A DNA stretch of 64,000 bases from Chiloscyllium plagiosum (GCF_004010195.1 NC_057757.1:7956458-8020457); one strand, 5' to 3'; shown: positions 13,242-27,039, numbered from the stretch's first letter. A program made the numbers and translations. Notes: a model not told the origin generated them from the sequence alone.

Positions 13242-13865
13242 CAGCTCTCCGAAGAGCGCCCCCTACCCCTATCCCTGCATTTCCCACGGCTCACCCACCT
13301 AGCCCGCACACCCCTGGGCAGTTTAGCACGGCCAATCCCACCCTTGGACCTGCACATCGTTTGGACTGCAGGAGGAAACCGGAGCACCTGGAGGAAACCC
13401 ACGCAGAGGCGGCAGGGGGGAGCGCGCAAACTCCGCTCAGAGAGTCGCCCAAGGCTGGGATCGAACCTGGCTCCCTGGCGCTGGGAGGCAGCCGTGCTAA
13501 CCACTGAGCCATCAGGGTCTTCCCCCGCCAACCCCCACAGCATTGCTTTTTGACAGCTCTCCGAAGAGCACCCCCTACCCCTATCCCTGCATTTCCCACG
13601 GCTCACCCACCTAGCCCGCACACCCCTGGGCAGTTTAGCACGGCCAATCCCACCCTTGGACCTGCACATCATTTGGACGGCAGGAGGAAACCGGAGCACC
13701 CGGAGGAAACCCACGCAGAGGCGGCAGGGGGGAGCGCGCAAACTCCGCTCAGAGAGTCGCCCAAGGCTGGGATCGAACCTGGCTCCCTGGCGCTGGGAGG
13801 CAGCCGTGCTAACCACTGAGCCATCAGGGTCTTCCCCCGCCAACCCCCACAGCATTGCTTTTTGA
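13242..13865. repeat. Near-identical 312-bp tandem duplication containing an HE1-like SINE
   Basis: 13242-13553 and 13554-13865 both run cagctctccgaagagc...cattgctttttga. Confidence 0.93.
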
Positions 13866-15796
13866 AAGGCCCGATTGCCCATCATTGCATCTTTCACCAA
13901 CCATCCCAGATTGGTGTTCCCCGCCTCGTGATCCTGTTTTTAACTCCACCAGGGAGGAGTGAAGTAGGCCATTCAGCCCATCAAGTCTGCTGTGCCAGTC
14001 AATGGTCGGTCTGATAACCCTCAATTCTGCTTTCCTGCCTTTTCCCCATGACGCTTGATTCTCCTTTCTGATTAAGGATCTATCTCAGCCTTGAACGCAC
14101 CTATTGACCCAGCCTCGAGAGCCCTCTGTGGTGAAGAATTCCACAGATTCGTTCCCCTCTGAGAGAAGAAATTGTTCCTCACCTCTGTCCTAAATGCGTG
14201 ACCCCTTATTCTGAGCTATGCCATCTGATGCTGGACTCTTCCCCCATGGAGAAACAGCCTTTCCAATTCTCCCCCGTCTGGGCCTCTAAGGATCTTGTCG
14301 AATCCCCACAGTGTGGAAGCAGGCCCATCGGTCTACACCCACCATCCAAAGAGCATCCCCATTTCCCCTACCCTGCCTTTCCCGTGGCCACCCTACATCA
14401 TCCACCTAGCCTGCACATCCCTGGACACCGGGGGCGATTTAACATGCCCAATCTCCCCTAACCTGCACATCTTTAGACTGTCAGAGGGCGAGGAGAGTTT
14501 TATAAAATCGTGAGGGTCGTGGACAGGGTAAATAGCCAAAGTCCTTTTCCCTGGGGGGAGGGTGGGCGAGTCCAAAACCTGAGAGCACCCTAAGGAGTAA
14601 CGTTTTCACTCAGAGGGTAGTGCGCATGTAGAATGAGCTGCCAGAGGAAGTGGCGGAGGCTGGTACAATGACAGCATCGAAAATGCATCTGGGTGGGTAT
14701 ATGATTAGGAAGGGTTTAGAGGGGGAAGGTGCTGACAAATGGGAACTAGATGAATTTCGGATATCTGGTCAGCATGGGCTAGTTGGACCGAAGGGTCTGT
14801 TTCCATACCGTACAGCTCTATGACTCTGTGCTAACCACTGAGCCATCGTGTATAAGTTCACCCCTTATTCTCCTCAAACCCCATGAGTGCAAGCTCAGTC
14901 GACTCAACCTTTCCTCATCCATCCATAACCAAAAGCAACATTCCCTCGAACCTACCGACTTAGCCCGACAGCCTTTCCGAGGTTTATTCGAGGTCATTTA
15001 GGGTATTTAAACTGTCAATGGATAGACATATGGATGGGAATGGAAGAGTGTAGGTGAGATGGGCCTCAGGTTGGTTCCACAGGTCGGCGCAACATCGAGG
15101 GCCGAAGGGGCTGTACTGTGCCGGAATGTTCCACGGTGTATGTACTGAAAAAAAATAAAACCAGAGGGAGGGTTGCGTGGGCCTGGCCTGATGAACCTTC
15201 GCTGTATTGCCTCCAATATATCTCCGAAGATAGCAGGCCGAAGCCTGTTCACAGTATTCTTGTTGTGTTAAACTTCTACCGTTTATCGTTTCAGCAAAAC
15301 CTCCCTATTTTAATATCCCATTCCTTTTGAAATAAAGGCCAACATTTGCCTTCCCGATGGTCGTTATGTGTGATTCATGCACAAAGATCCCCGAATTCCC
15401 TTGTTCTGCGGCTTTCCGGAATTTCTCTCTCCAGTTAAGGAACACTCAGCTCCTCTATCCTTCCTGCCAAAGCGCACAGCCTCACACTTCCCCATCTGCC
15501 TGGTGTTTGCCCACCTGGCGATATCTCTCTTCCTTCCCCCTTATTTTAGCCGTGATGTGGAGGTGCCGGGTGTTGGACTGGGGTGGACAAAGGCAGAAGT
15601 CACATGACACTGGGGTGGACTCAGACAGGTTTTCGGAGCGATGGTCCCTTGTCAGCTGGATTGCGGTGTCACATGCCTTCTGACTTATTGTTGTGACATC
15701 CATAGACTTGACATCGGTTTACTCACTTCCCTCATCACGTCAATAGATAGTAATCAGGAGAAAATGAGGACTGAAGATGCTGGAGAAGTAAATAGG

Positions 15797-16306
15797 GTTG
15801 CAGGTAGACAGGATAGTGAAGAAGGCGTTTGGTACACTTTCCTTTATCAGTCAGAGTATTGAGTACAGGAGTTGGGAGGTCATGTTGCGGCTGTACAGGA
15901 CATTGGTTAGGCCACTGTTGGAATATTGCGTGCAATTCTGGTCTCCTTCCTGTCAGAAGGATGTTGTGAAACTTGAAAGGGTTCAGAGAAGGTTCACAAA
16001 GATGTTGCCAGGGTTGGAGGGTTTGAGCTACAGGGAGAGGCTGAACAGGCTGGGGCTGTTTTCCCTGGAGTGTCGGAGGCTGAGGGGTGACCTTCTAGAG
16101 GTTTATAAAATCGTGAAGGGCATGGATAGGATAAATAGACAAAGTCTTTTCCCTGGGGTGGGGGAGTCCAGAACTAGAGGGTATAGGTTTAGGGTGAGAG
16201 GGGAAAGTTATAAAAGGGTGTAAGGGGCAACTTTTTCACACAGAGGATGGTGCGTGCATGGAATGAGCTGCCAGAGGAAGTGGTGGAGGCTGGTACAATT
16301 GCAACA
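15797..16306 (+). mobile_element. CR1-type LINE 3' fragment (runs into gap)
   Basis: [15 protein letters not shown]...RRLRGDL. Confidence 0.9.
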
Positions 16307-16449
16307 NNNNNNNNNNNNNNNNNNNNNNNNNNNNNNNNNNNNNNNNNNNNNNNNNNNNNNNNNNNNNNNNNNNNNNNNNNNNNNNNNNNNNNNNNNNNNN
16401 NNNNNNNNNNNNNNNNNNNNNNNNNNNNNNNNNNNNNNNNNNNNNNNNN
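16307..16449. other. Assembly gap
   Basis: Run of N. Confidence 1.
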
Positions 16450-16874
16450 GGGTTGGATCTGGGATAGGATGCAGCCCTAACCACCCCACCCCCCCCCCAC
16501 TATTTAGCATTCGCGATTTTCCAAATCCCCCTCCCCCTCAGATACAACCCTCCAACTCTTTTTCAGACATTAAGGTTGAGTATTGCTCTTCGGGACAATG
16601 TGTCCGGGAATTAATAACTGAGAATTTGTAACAAGAAGTAAGGGGGTGGCTGAAGAATTGGACAAACGTTTCCCTTCACTGCAGAGGATCCTTGTCGCAG
16701 CCAAGAAATATCTATCTAACGGAAAATGGAATGGAGTGAGAAACGCACAAAATTGGCAATCTTTAGGAGATTGGGGACTGAGGAACGTGTTGGAGGTGTG
16801 GACTGACGCGTCCCTGAATCCTATTGATTTCCAACCTCAAAGGGGAACCTGGTGCTGGAGGTGATTTGGTAACA

Positions 16875-16963
16875 GTTGAAACTTTATTGCTGGAACAGCA
16901 CAGCAGGTCAGGCAGCATCCAGGGAACAGGAGATTCGACGTTTCGGGCACAGGCCCTTCCTCA
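16875..16963. mobile_element. Short Penelope-like derived insertion with 14-bp TSD
   Basis: GTGATTTGGTAACA at 16861-16874 and 16964-16977 flanks a copy of the gctggaa...caggtcaggcagcatcc family. Confidence 0.8.
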
Positions 16964-16964
16964 G
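16934..16964 (-). ncRNA. Minimal type I hammerhead ribozyme motif (core intact, helix I 5' strand lost)
   Basis: Minus strand: CUGAGGA-A-GGGC(CUGU)GCCC-GAAACGUC-GAA. Confidence 0.6.
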
Positions 16965-17289
16965 TGATTTGGTAACACTCCTGGCAGCTTGTCTGAGGTG
17001 GAAAATTAGCCAATCACCTTAGCTTTTAAAAAAAAAGGGAGAGAGAGACAAACTGTAGGCCATTTGGCCTGAACTTCTATCAGAGTGAAATGTTCAAAGC
17101 TTTTCTTAAAAACATCACAACAGGGCACTAAGGGAAAAAAAAAACTTTGAGGCAGAGTTGACATGATTTTGTGAAAGGGTAGTTGTCCTGAAGTTGGGAT
17201 TGGGAGCTCCCTCACGAAGTAAGATACTACCTCAAAAGTTAATGTCGAAATCAAATACTCACGGGCTCGAGGTGAAATATTGGCATCCA

Positions 17290-19470
17290 TAAGACAATGA
17301 GTATAGGAGCTGAATTAGGCCATTCAGTCCATCAGGTCTGCTGTGCCATTCGATTGTGGCTGATCGGTTTCTCAACCCCATTCTCCCCGTAACCCTTGAC
17401 CCCTTTACCAGTTAAGAACCTACCTTTCTCTCTCTTAAAGACACTCAATGACTTGACCTCCACAACCCTCTGTAGCCAATGAGTTCCACAGATCCACCAC
17501 CCTCCGGCTAAAGGGCCGTCCCTTCGCTCTGAGGCTGTGCCCTCGGGTCCTGGTTTCTTCTACTTCTCTGTGCCCTCTCTATCATGTCCAGTCAGAGCCC
17601 AGCCTCCATCCTTTAATACTCCCTCACAGACCCAGAGTCCTCATAGGACAAGCCCTTCACCCCTGGGATCAGTCTTGGAACCCTCCTTTGGACCCCCTCC
17701 AATGCCAGAACATCCCTTCTTTGACGCCGACTCCTAAAATGCTCATTCTATTCCAAATCCAGTCTGCTCAGAGCCTCATACAGCCTCAGCAGTACGTCTC
17801 TGCTCTTATATTCTAACCCTCTTGTAATGAATGCTAGCATTGCATCTGCCTTCCCAGCTACAACTGAACCTGCATGCTAATCCGAAAAGAATCCTGAACG
17901 AGAACTCCCGAATTGCTTTCTGCTTCAGATTTCTGGAGTCTTTCCCCACTTAGAAAGTAGCCTTCACCTCTACTTTTCCGATCAAAGTGCATAACCTCAC
18001 AACTTCCTCCGTTGCGTTCCATCTGCCACTTCTTTGCCCAGTCTCCCAGTCTGTCCAAGTCCTTCTGCAGCCTCCCTGCTCCCTCAACGCTATCTGTCCC
18101 TTCACATATCGCTGCGTCATCTGTAAAATGAGCAACAACACCTTCAGTCCCTTCGTCCACAGCGTTAATGTAGAGCATGAGTAGTTGTGGTCCCAGCAAT
18201 GACCCCTGAGGAACTCTACTAATCACCGGCTGCCATTTTGAAAAACACCTCCTTTGTCCTCAGTGGTTAGCACAGCTGCCTCACAGCGCCAGAGAGCCGG
18301 GTTCAATTCCCGCCTCAGGCAACTGTCTGTGTGGAGTTTGCACATTCTTCCCGTGTCTGTGTGGGTTTCCTCCAGATGCTCCAGTTTCCTCCCACAGTCC
18401 AAAAATGTGCAGGTTAGGATGAATTGGCCACGCTAAATTGCCCGTGGTGTTAGGTGAAGGGAGGGTCAGTGTGGACTTGTTGGGCCGAAGGGCCTGTTTC
18501 CACACTGTAAGTAATCTAATCTAATTTAATCTAATCTAGTCCCCACTCTCTGCCTTCCTCCAGTCAGCCAATCCTCTATCCATGCCAGGCCCTTGCCCTT
18601 ACCACCGTGGGGCTCTGACCTTATGTAGCAGCATCCTATGCAGCACCTTGTTGAAGGCCTTCTGGAGATCCACATAGATCATGTCCAATGGGTCTCCTTT
18701 GTCCAACTTGCTCGTTAGCTCCTCACAGATCTATCAGGCATGACCTACCCTTGACAAAGCCATGCTGGCTCAAGTCTTCTTTACTATACACTTCCAAAAT
18801 TAAATATTGGACTCAAACATTGCACTAACAACTAAGAGAGGCTAACCAGCCTCTAGTTTCCTGTCTTCTGCCTCCCGCCCTTCTATTACATTAGCCATAT
18901 TCCAGTCCTCTAGGATCCTCCCCGACTCCAGTAATTCCTGAACGGTCACCACCAATGCTTCACAATCTCTCTGTCAGAACTCTGGGGTGTAGGCGTAGGA
19001 GAAAGTCAGGACTGCGGATGCTGGAGATCAGGAGTGTGTGTGCCTGAAACCTCGACTGTCCTGCTCCTCAGATGCTGCCTGACCGGCTGTGCTTTTCCAG
19101 CGCCGCACTCTCGACCCTGGGATGTAGTCCGTCTGGTCCTGGTCATTTATCCACCTTCAGACCTTTCAGCTGCCCTAGCACCTTATCCTTACACTGTACT
19201 CATCTCTTCCCCTGACTTGCTTGAAGTTGCTGGTGCCCTCCACTTGTGTAAGTGATGCCAAGTACCGTTCCAGTTTCTCCATCGTTCCTTTGCTCCCCAT
19301 TACTACATCTGCAGCCTCAGATTCCAGCAGTCCAATGCCCACTTTTACCTTTTAGCTATCTAAAAGAATCTCATGCAATCTTCTTCTACGTTACCAGCTA
19401 AGCGTAGCCTTATATTTCATCATCACACACCTCCTCTCATTGCTTTTTTTAGCTGTCCTCTGCTGTTTTT
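17290..19470 (-). mobile_element. Decayed CR1-type LINE interrupted by an HE1 SINE (~18259-18540) and a short repeat (~19000-19120)
   Basis: VPQGSLLGPQL, HFTDD, LQKDLDRLGDWAKKWQM motifs. Confidence 0.85.
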
Positions 19471-19509
19471 GTGTGTAGTTTTTGGCCTCATATCTCACTG
19501 ACCCTGTTG

Positions 19510-19980
19510 AGCGGAGGTTCACGAGAATGGTCTCAGGAATGAAAAGCTGAACATATGAGGAATGTTGGAGGACTCTGGGTCTATACTGGAAGGATCAGGG
19601 AGGATCTAATTGAAACATCCAGAATAGTGAATGGCCTGGACAGAGAGGATGTTGGGAAGATGTTTCCCATTGGGAGGAGGGACTAGGACCCGAGGACACA
19701 GCCTTAGAGTAAGGGAAAGAGCTTTTAGAACAGAGATAAGGAGAAATGTCTTCAGCCAGAGAGTGGGGAATCGATGGGATTCACTTCCACAGAGGGCTGT
19801 GGGGGCCAGGTCATTGGGTATATTTAAGACGGAGATGGATAGGGTCTTGAGTATCAAGGGGATCCAGGGTTACGGGGAGAAAGCGGGAGAATGGGGTTGA
19901 GAAACCTATCAGTCATGATTGAATGGCGGAGTAGAATCGATGGGCTGAATGGCCTCGCTTCTGCTCCTATGTCTTATGAT
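19510..19980 (+). mobile_element. CR1-type LINE 3' fragment
   Basis: TRGHSLRV...FSQRVGNRWDSLP. Confidence 0.88.
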
Positions 19981-20709
19981 TTGTTTTTAAGTCTTCCCTA
20001 TCCCACAATAACTAACCAATGGAAAATGGAGATTGGACCAACATTGGCTTTTCCAAGTTGGCAAGGTGGAATGAGCGGTGGTTTGATGAGTGAACTCAGT
20101 TGGCTGGAAGGCTGCTTTGCAACGCAGGGTGATGCCAACTGAGCGGGCTGGCTGCTGCACTGGGTGAGTTTACCATGAAGACCCTGCCTCCTCAGGCTTA
20201 CCACAGGCCTGAGGAACGGCGACCCTCAGGTTCAGTTCACCACTAGCTGGTTCTCTCAAACGAGAGCGTGAGACGGCGGTTTGGGAGCGACCCCCCCGGG
20301 GTGGGGTGCAGTGGAAATGGAGGGTGGTATTCATGCTCTGACACTGTTCAACTTAATGTTGAGTCTTCCCGACTGGGCAGAATCGGAGATGTTGTTCCTC
20401 CAGCTTATGTCAGGCTTCGTTGGAACCTTGCTATAGGCCCTGGACAAGGCATCCTGCTCTATTGGCATTGTTTAACAACTGTCCAGTTACCCAATCCCCT
20501 GTTGCCTGTATGGTAGGCAGGGGCTGGCCTATTTTCTACTATTTGCATTCTTAACCACTGACACCTATTTTACATCTCTATCACTCCTCTCTCACCTTTT
20601 GCACTCTCTTTGCCACTCGCTCGGGGCGCTCTCGCCATCTGTTGCACATGCCCCTCCTCCCCTTCAGTCCGTACCATAAAGAGCATCGTCTCCCAGTCCT
20701 TTTCCCAGT

Positions 20710-21200
20710 CTGGCAGGAGCAAGGAGGTAATGTTGGAGCTGTATCAGAGCGTTGGTCAGGCCACAGCTGGAGTGCTGTGTGCAGTTCTGGTCACCTCACT
20801 ACAGGGAGGACATGACAGCACTGGAGGGCGTACAGGGGAGCTTCACCAGGGTGTTGCCTGGGACGGAGAAATTGAGCTACAAGGAGAGACGAGACGGACT
20901 TGGTTTGTTTTCTTTCAAGCTGAGGAGACCGAGAGGGGACATGCTTGAGGTGTGTCAAATTGAGGGGATGGGACAGGCTGAATAGATTGGGTCGAGGGGC
21001 CAATCACGAGAGGGTAAGGGGCAGGAGATTCAGAGGGGATTTGCGGGAATGCGCTGCCTGGAGGCTTTCAAAAGATATTTGGATGAGCACTTCAAATATC
21101 CGAACACTCCAGGATACGGGACAAGTGCAGGAAATTGGGGATTCGCGCGACTTTAGCTGGAGTTCTGTTGGAACCGATGGGCCGAAGGGACTTTTCAGCT
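20710..21200 (+). mobile_element. Old CR1-type LINE 3' fragment
   Basis: VRPQLECCVQFWSPHY. Confidence 0.82.
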
Positions 21201-21639
21201 CTGGAGGAATCGACGAAGGTTTTCAGCTCATAAGAAGAAATGCAGAACATTAAGCCTCTCTCTCTCCGTAAATACTGAGTCATTCCTGCTGACTTTCTCC
21301 GGTGCTTAGTGCTGTGATTCCACACGGACTGCAGCTCAACAAATCCTTTCCGCGGGGGCAGTTGTAGGGTTGGGCGATACAGCAGGAGAAACCAAGATGT
21401 TGACTTTGGTGGCCCCTACACTCCGAGGAACTGCAGATGACCCGAAGCGGGCTAATGGGAAAGCATAGGGCTCAATGGCACCGGGACAATAAATGAAAAT
21501 TTCCAAGAGGCTGGAATTGGTGGAGCGCGGGTGTCAGTGAGAGTTGTGGGAGCTGGAGGAGAGCGTACAGTCAGGGAGCAGGAGCCTGGATGATACATCA
21601 GCTAGAACATCAATGCTCGAACCTGTTCTTAAGGAATAA

Positions 21640-23548
21640 TGTACTTGGAAAAGCATTCAAGCAAGTCAGCGTGGTTGTCAAACAAGTCAAGCATCTGTAT
21701 CCCTCTGCTCCCCACCTACTCATGCATCTTTGAGCTTTACAAAAGGGTGAAGTTAGGGGCTTGTGGAGCTGGGGGTAATTTCTTAGAATCGATGGAAGAT
21801 TGGTTATTGCACACAGGACGCAGAAGACAGCCTAGAGTAATGTTTATCCAATTTTACTGAGGAGATTGGTTGCAACAATGATATAGACGGGGTAAGACAA
21901 GTGGGCAACAAGATGACAAGTGTTAGGCAGGGGACTTTTCACCTCAGTCTTGAGAATTGTTATGCCTGGGCAGGGATGAATATGTTGCAAATCTTTACAG
22001 ACTGTATTCTTGTTTTGAGATGCACTCTGAAGGTTTATATGTTGGCTGCCAAAGAGGATTCTGGAATAGAGACGTTGGGAAGTTATGTTGCAGTTGTACA
22101 GGACGTTGGGTGAGGCCACACTTGGAGTATTGTGTACAGTTTTGGTCACCTTGCTGTAGGAAGGATGTTATTAAACTGAAAAGAGGGCACAACAAGGATG
22201 TTTTCTGGACTCAACGGTCTGAGTTACAGGGAAGACGTTGGACAAGCGAGGACTTTTTTCCTTAGAGCGTGGGAGACTGAGGGGTGACCTTATAGAGGTG
22301 TATAAGATCACGAGAGGCACGGATAGGCTGAATGCACTCAGTCTTTTCCCCAGGGTTGGGGAATCGAGGACTAGAGGGCATCAGGTTAAGGTGAGAGGGG
22401 AAAGAATAAAAGGGAACCTGAGGGACAACGTTTTTACCCAGAGGGTGGTACGCAGATGGAATGAGCTGCCAGGNNNNNNNNNNNNNNNNNNNNNNNNNNN
22501 NNNNNNNNNNNNNNNNNNNNNNNNNNNNNNNNNNNNNNNNNNNNNNNNNNNNNNNNNNNNNNNNNNNNNNNNNNNNNNNNNNNNNNNNNNNNNNNNNNNN
22601 NNNNNNNNNNNNNNNNNNNNNNNNNNNNNNNNNNNNNNNNNNNNNNNNNNNNNNNNNNNNNNNNNNNNNNNNNNNNNNNNNNNNNNNNNNNNNNNNNNNN
22701 NNNNNNNNNNNNNNNNNNNNNNNNNNNNNNNNNNNNNNNNNNNNNNNNNNNNNNNNNNNNNNNNNNNNNNNNNNNNNNNNNNNNNNNNNNNNNNNNNNNN
22801 NNNNNNNNNNNNNNNNNNNNNNNNNNNNNNNNNNNNNNNNNNNNNNNNNNNNNNNNNNNNNNNNNNNNNNNNNNNNNNNNNNNNNNNNNNNNNNNNNNNN
22901 NNNNNNNNNNNNNNNNNNNNNNNNNNNNNNNNNNNNNNNNNNNNNNNCTTGGAGTGCAGGTTCATAGCTCCTTGAAAGTGGAGTCGCAGGTAGATAGGAT
23001 AGTGAAGAAGGCGTTTGGTATGCTTTCCTTTATTGGTCAGAGTATTGAGTACAGGAGTTGGGAGGTCATGTTGCGGCTGTACAGGACATTAGTTAGGCCA
23101 CTGTTGGAATATTGCGTGCAATTCTGGTCTCCTTCCTATTGGAAAGATGTTATGAGCGTCGGAGGCTGAGGGGTGATCTTATAGAGATTAACGAAATTAT
23201 GAGGGGCATGGATAGGGTAACTAGGCAAAGTCTTTTCCCTGGGGTGGGAGGAGTCCAGAACTAGAGGGCATAGGTTTAGGGTGAGAGGGGAAAGATATAA
23301 AAGAGACCTAAGGGGCAACATTTTCACGCAGAGGGTGGTGCGTGTATGGAATGAGCTGCCAGAGGAAGTGGTGGAGGCTGGTACAATTGCAACATTTAAG
23401 AGGCATTTGGATGGGTATATGAATAGGAAGGGTTTGGAGGGATATGGGCCGGGCGCTGGCAGGTGGGACTAGATTGGGTTGGGACATCTGGTTGGCATGG
23501 ACGGGTTGGCCGAAGGGTCTGTTTCCGTGCTGTACGTCTCTCTGACTC
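21640..23548 (+). mobile_element. CR1-type LINE fragments on both sides of the gap 22474-22947
   Basis: [14 protein letters not shown] and [15 protein letters not shown] motifs, CR1 3' UTR. Confidence 0.85.
22474..22947. other. Assembly gap
   Basis: Run of N. Confidence 1.
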
Positions 23549-24127
23549 CATATTGAGGTAGGCCACAGATCAGCCATGATCTCATTGAATGACAGCACGA
23601 GCTTAAGGAGCTGAATGGCCTACTCCAGTTCCGAGGTTCCTGGAAGACGGCTTAAGTTGCTGGATGTGAAAGCTGGCAATGCACGGCATCCGAGGAACAG
23701 GAAAGTCAACATTTCTGGTCAAAACCCTTGGTCAGGACTCATATTGACTCTGACTTCCAGCATCTGCAGTCCTTCCAAGCCAGACAACCAGAGACTCCTT
23801 CCCAGGACAGAAATGGCTATCACGAGGGGACGTTATTTGAAGGTGTTTGGAAGAGAGTTTAGGCGAGATGTCAGAGGTAGGTTCAGAGAGTGAGAGTAGA
23901 GTCAGAGACATTAGGTGACTCTTGGGTAGGCCCATGGATGACAGTACAACGTAGGGTCTGTAGGTTAGTCTGATCATAGAGTAGGATGAAAGGCCGGCAC
24001 AACATCGAGGGCCGAAGGGCCTGTACTGTGCTGTCCAGTTCTATGATCTATGTTTCCGTCTCCGCCATCTTAAGTTCCTGGAAGTTTACACCATTTCCAA
24101 CTCCATGCCATCCCCCACTAGCTATTA

Positions 24128-24640
24128 TCACAGTGGCTCAGTGGTTAGCACTGCTGCCTCACAGCGCCAGGGAGCTGCGATCCATGGAACCCCTACAGTG
24201 TGGAAACAGGCCCTTCGGCCCAACAAGTCCACACCGACCCTCCGAAGAATATCCCACCCAGACTCATTCCCTTACCTTTCCCCCTGACTAATGCACCTGA
24301 CCTGAACACTACGGGCAATGTAGCACAGCCAATCCCACTCACCTGGACATTTTTGGACTGTGGGAAGAAACCGGAGCACCCGGAGGAAACCCACGCAGAC
24401 ACGGGGAGAACGTGCAAACTCCAGACAGACAGTCGCCTGAGGCTGGAATCGAACCTGGGACCCTGGTGCTGTGAGGCAGCAGTGCTAACCTCTGAGCCAC
24501 TGTGCCACCCTCAGGCGACTGTCTGTGTGGAGTTTGCACATTCTCTCCGTGTCTGCGTGGGTTTCCTCCGGGTGCTCCGGTTTCCTCCCACACGCCAAAG
24601 ATGTGCGGGTGAGGATGAATGAGCCATGCTAAATTGCCAG
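24128..24640. mobile_element. HE1 SINE (+) with an opposite-strand HE1 SINE (~24190-24510) inserted into it
   Basis: The plus-strand head ends at ~24172 and its body resumes at ~24510 after a complete reverse copy. Confidence 0.8.
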
Positions 24641-25665
24641 GCTAAAGTGAGTACTGCGGATGCTGGAAACCAGAGTCTAAATCAGAGCGGTGCTGGAAAA
24701 GCACAGCAGGTCAGGCAGCATCCGAGGAGCAGGAAAATCAGGCAAAAGCACTTCATCAGGAACCATTTTCCTGCTCCTCGGATACTGCCTGACCTGCTGC
24801 GCTTTTCCAGCACGACTCTGTAATCTAGACTCAAGCTAAATTGACCATAGTGTTCAGGGATGTACAAACTAGGTGGATTAGCCTTGGAAAATGCAGGGTT
24901 GCGGGAGTTGAGTCGGTGAATGGGATGCTCTTCGGAGGGTTGTAGTGGACTCAATGGGCTGGCGACACTGAGTGGCCTCTATGGAGAATTAGTCTTGAAA
25001 CTGAGAACCCCATGTTCCTAACCTGTAACCTCAGCCCTTACCTGGGTACCAGGGAATGGCTGTTATCCCCAGCGAACGGTGAAAGAGCACTGTTTACCAT
25101 CCGTTGGACGTCAACCGTCTTCTGTTCCTGTGCTGAAAAAAGGTTTTGTTGCTGTGAGAGAGAGTGTGGGTTGGGTTTCATCGGGAATCGAACGTCGATC
25201 AAAATTAAATCTGCTGTGACAAAACCTGAACCAAAACCAAACTTCAGAGGAAAGAACGTGTCCGTCAGCCCTTTCAAGAACTGGGATCGCTCAGTTCTTT
25301 TAAATGTGCGTGCGCGCATACAAATTAGGGACAGCTGAAGGCCATTCCGCCCATCGGGCCTGAACCAGCCCACCCCATGACCCCCCCAGAGACAATGTTA
25401 TTTTCTGCCTCATTTCTGTTTTAAATGGGTGAGCTTAGACTTTTAAAGTGTCTCCAGGTTCTAGATGCTTCCAATCGCCCTCCCCATCAACACCCCTCCA
25501 GGTCGTACATGTTTCTAACAAGTAGTCTCTTACGCTTTCCCAACTCCAGCAGACACTAGTCCAGCCTGCCCAACCTATCCTAATAAAGCAACATCCCCAT
25601 TACAGATATTAGTTTGTGATACTTTATCTGAACTGTCCTCCAATGTGTTTTTGTCCTTTTTTTAT

Positions 25666-26076
25666 CAGATTAGGTTCCCTACAGTGCGGAAACAGGCCCT
25701 TCAGCCCAACAAGTCCACACCGACCCTCCGGAGAGTAATCCACTCAGACCCATTTCCCTCTGACTAATGCACCTAACACTACGGGCAATTTAGCGCGGCC
25801 AATCCACCCTAACCTGCACATCCCTGAACACTATGGGGTAATTTCCCATGGCCAATCCACCCTAAGCTACACATCCCTGAACACTATGGGGTAATTTAGC
25901 ATGGCCAATCCACCCTAACCTGCACATCTTTGGACTGTGAGAGGAAACCAGAGCACCCGGAGGAAACCCCACACAGACACGGGGAGAATGTGCAAACTCC
26001 GCACAGACAGTCGCCTGAGGTGGGAATTGAACCCAGGTCCCTGGCGCCGTGAGGCAGCAGTGCTAACCACTGAGCC
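25666..26076 (-). mobile_element. HE1 SINE with internal 53-bp tandem repeat (~2.5 copies)
   Basis: ggccaatccaccctaa starts at 25797, 25850 and 25903. Confidence 0.88.
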
Positions 26077-27039
26077 TATGGAATGGAAGATTGAGTTTTG
26101 ATCAAAGGATTGACTGATTGATTGATTGATTCCTCCTTAAGTACGATCCATCGAATCCCTAGAGTGTGGAAGCAGGTCCAATGAGCCCATACCGACCCTC
26201 CGAAGAGCATCCCACCTCATCCCTGTAAACTCTGCCTTTCCCATGGCTAGTCCTAGCCCGTGTACCCCTGGAGCAACTTCGCATGGCCAATCTGTCTAGT
26301 GTGCACATCTTTGGGAGGACTGTGGGAGGAAACACACACAGAAGGTGTGAACTCCGCACAGGCAGTCACCCGAGGCTGGGGGTCGAACCTGGGACCTGAC
26401 TGCCTGACTGACCTTCTGTGATTCACGCACTGGAACACCCAGATCCCTTTGAATCTTCGAGTTGTGCAACCACTTAGATAATAGGCTTTGCTTTCATGCT
26501 TCCCGCCAAAAATGGCGATTTTCCCCCACGTTTTCCGCACTCAAGCCGTTCCCAATCAGTTGTGCACATCTGATTGAAAGAAACGCACAAATTGTCAGAG
26601 TGTGGAGGGAGGCCATTCGTCCCACTGTGTCTGTACTAGCCCTAGGAGCCTCTTCATTCCCTTTGTAGTTCTCTTCTGTCCTCTTCACAACTCACTTCTT
26701 ACCTTTGGGCCTTTCGTCTAAAGGTTGGTGAACAGTTGCAGTCCCCGAATTGACCCCCCGCTATGTGCACCACTTGTTACATCTCACCAGGGAGATAGGA
26801 GACTCTTATGCACAATGTCCGATTCCAGTTAACCAGCCAATCTTTTATCTCTGCCGAAATACTATTCCCTACTCCGTGAGCTTTGATATTCGGCATTAGC
26901 CTTTGATATGTTACTTTGCCAGAAAGGAAATCAGAGATGATCGAGCGCAGTCGGAATTTATAATTGGATTGTCGAGTTTGGAGAAGGGAATCCATTCAGG
27001 TTTCGGACAGAGGGGGAGATGCCACAAGACATTATTAAG

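Noticed and set aside
12902..13900. 332-aa minus-strand ORF
   Set aside because: Read-through of the duplicated SINE.
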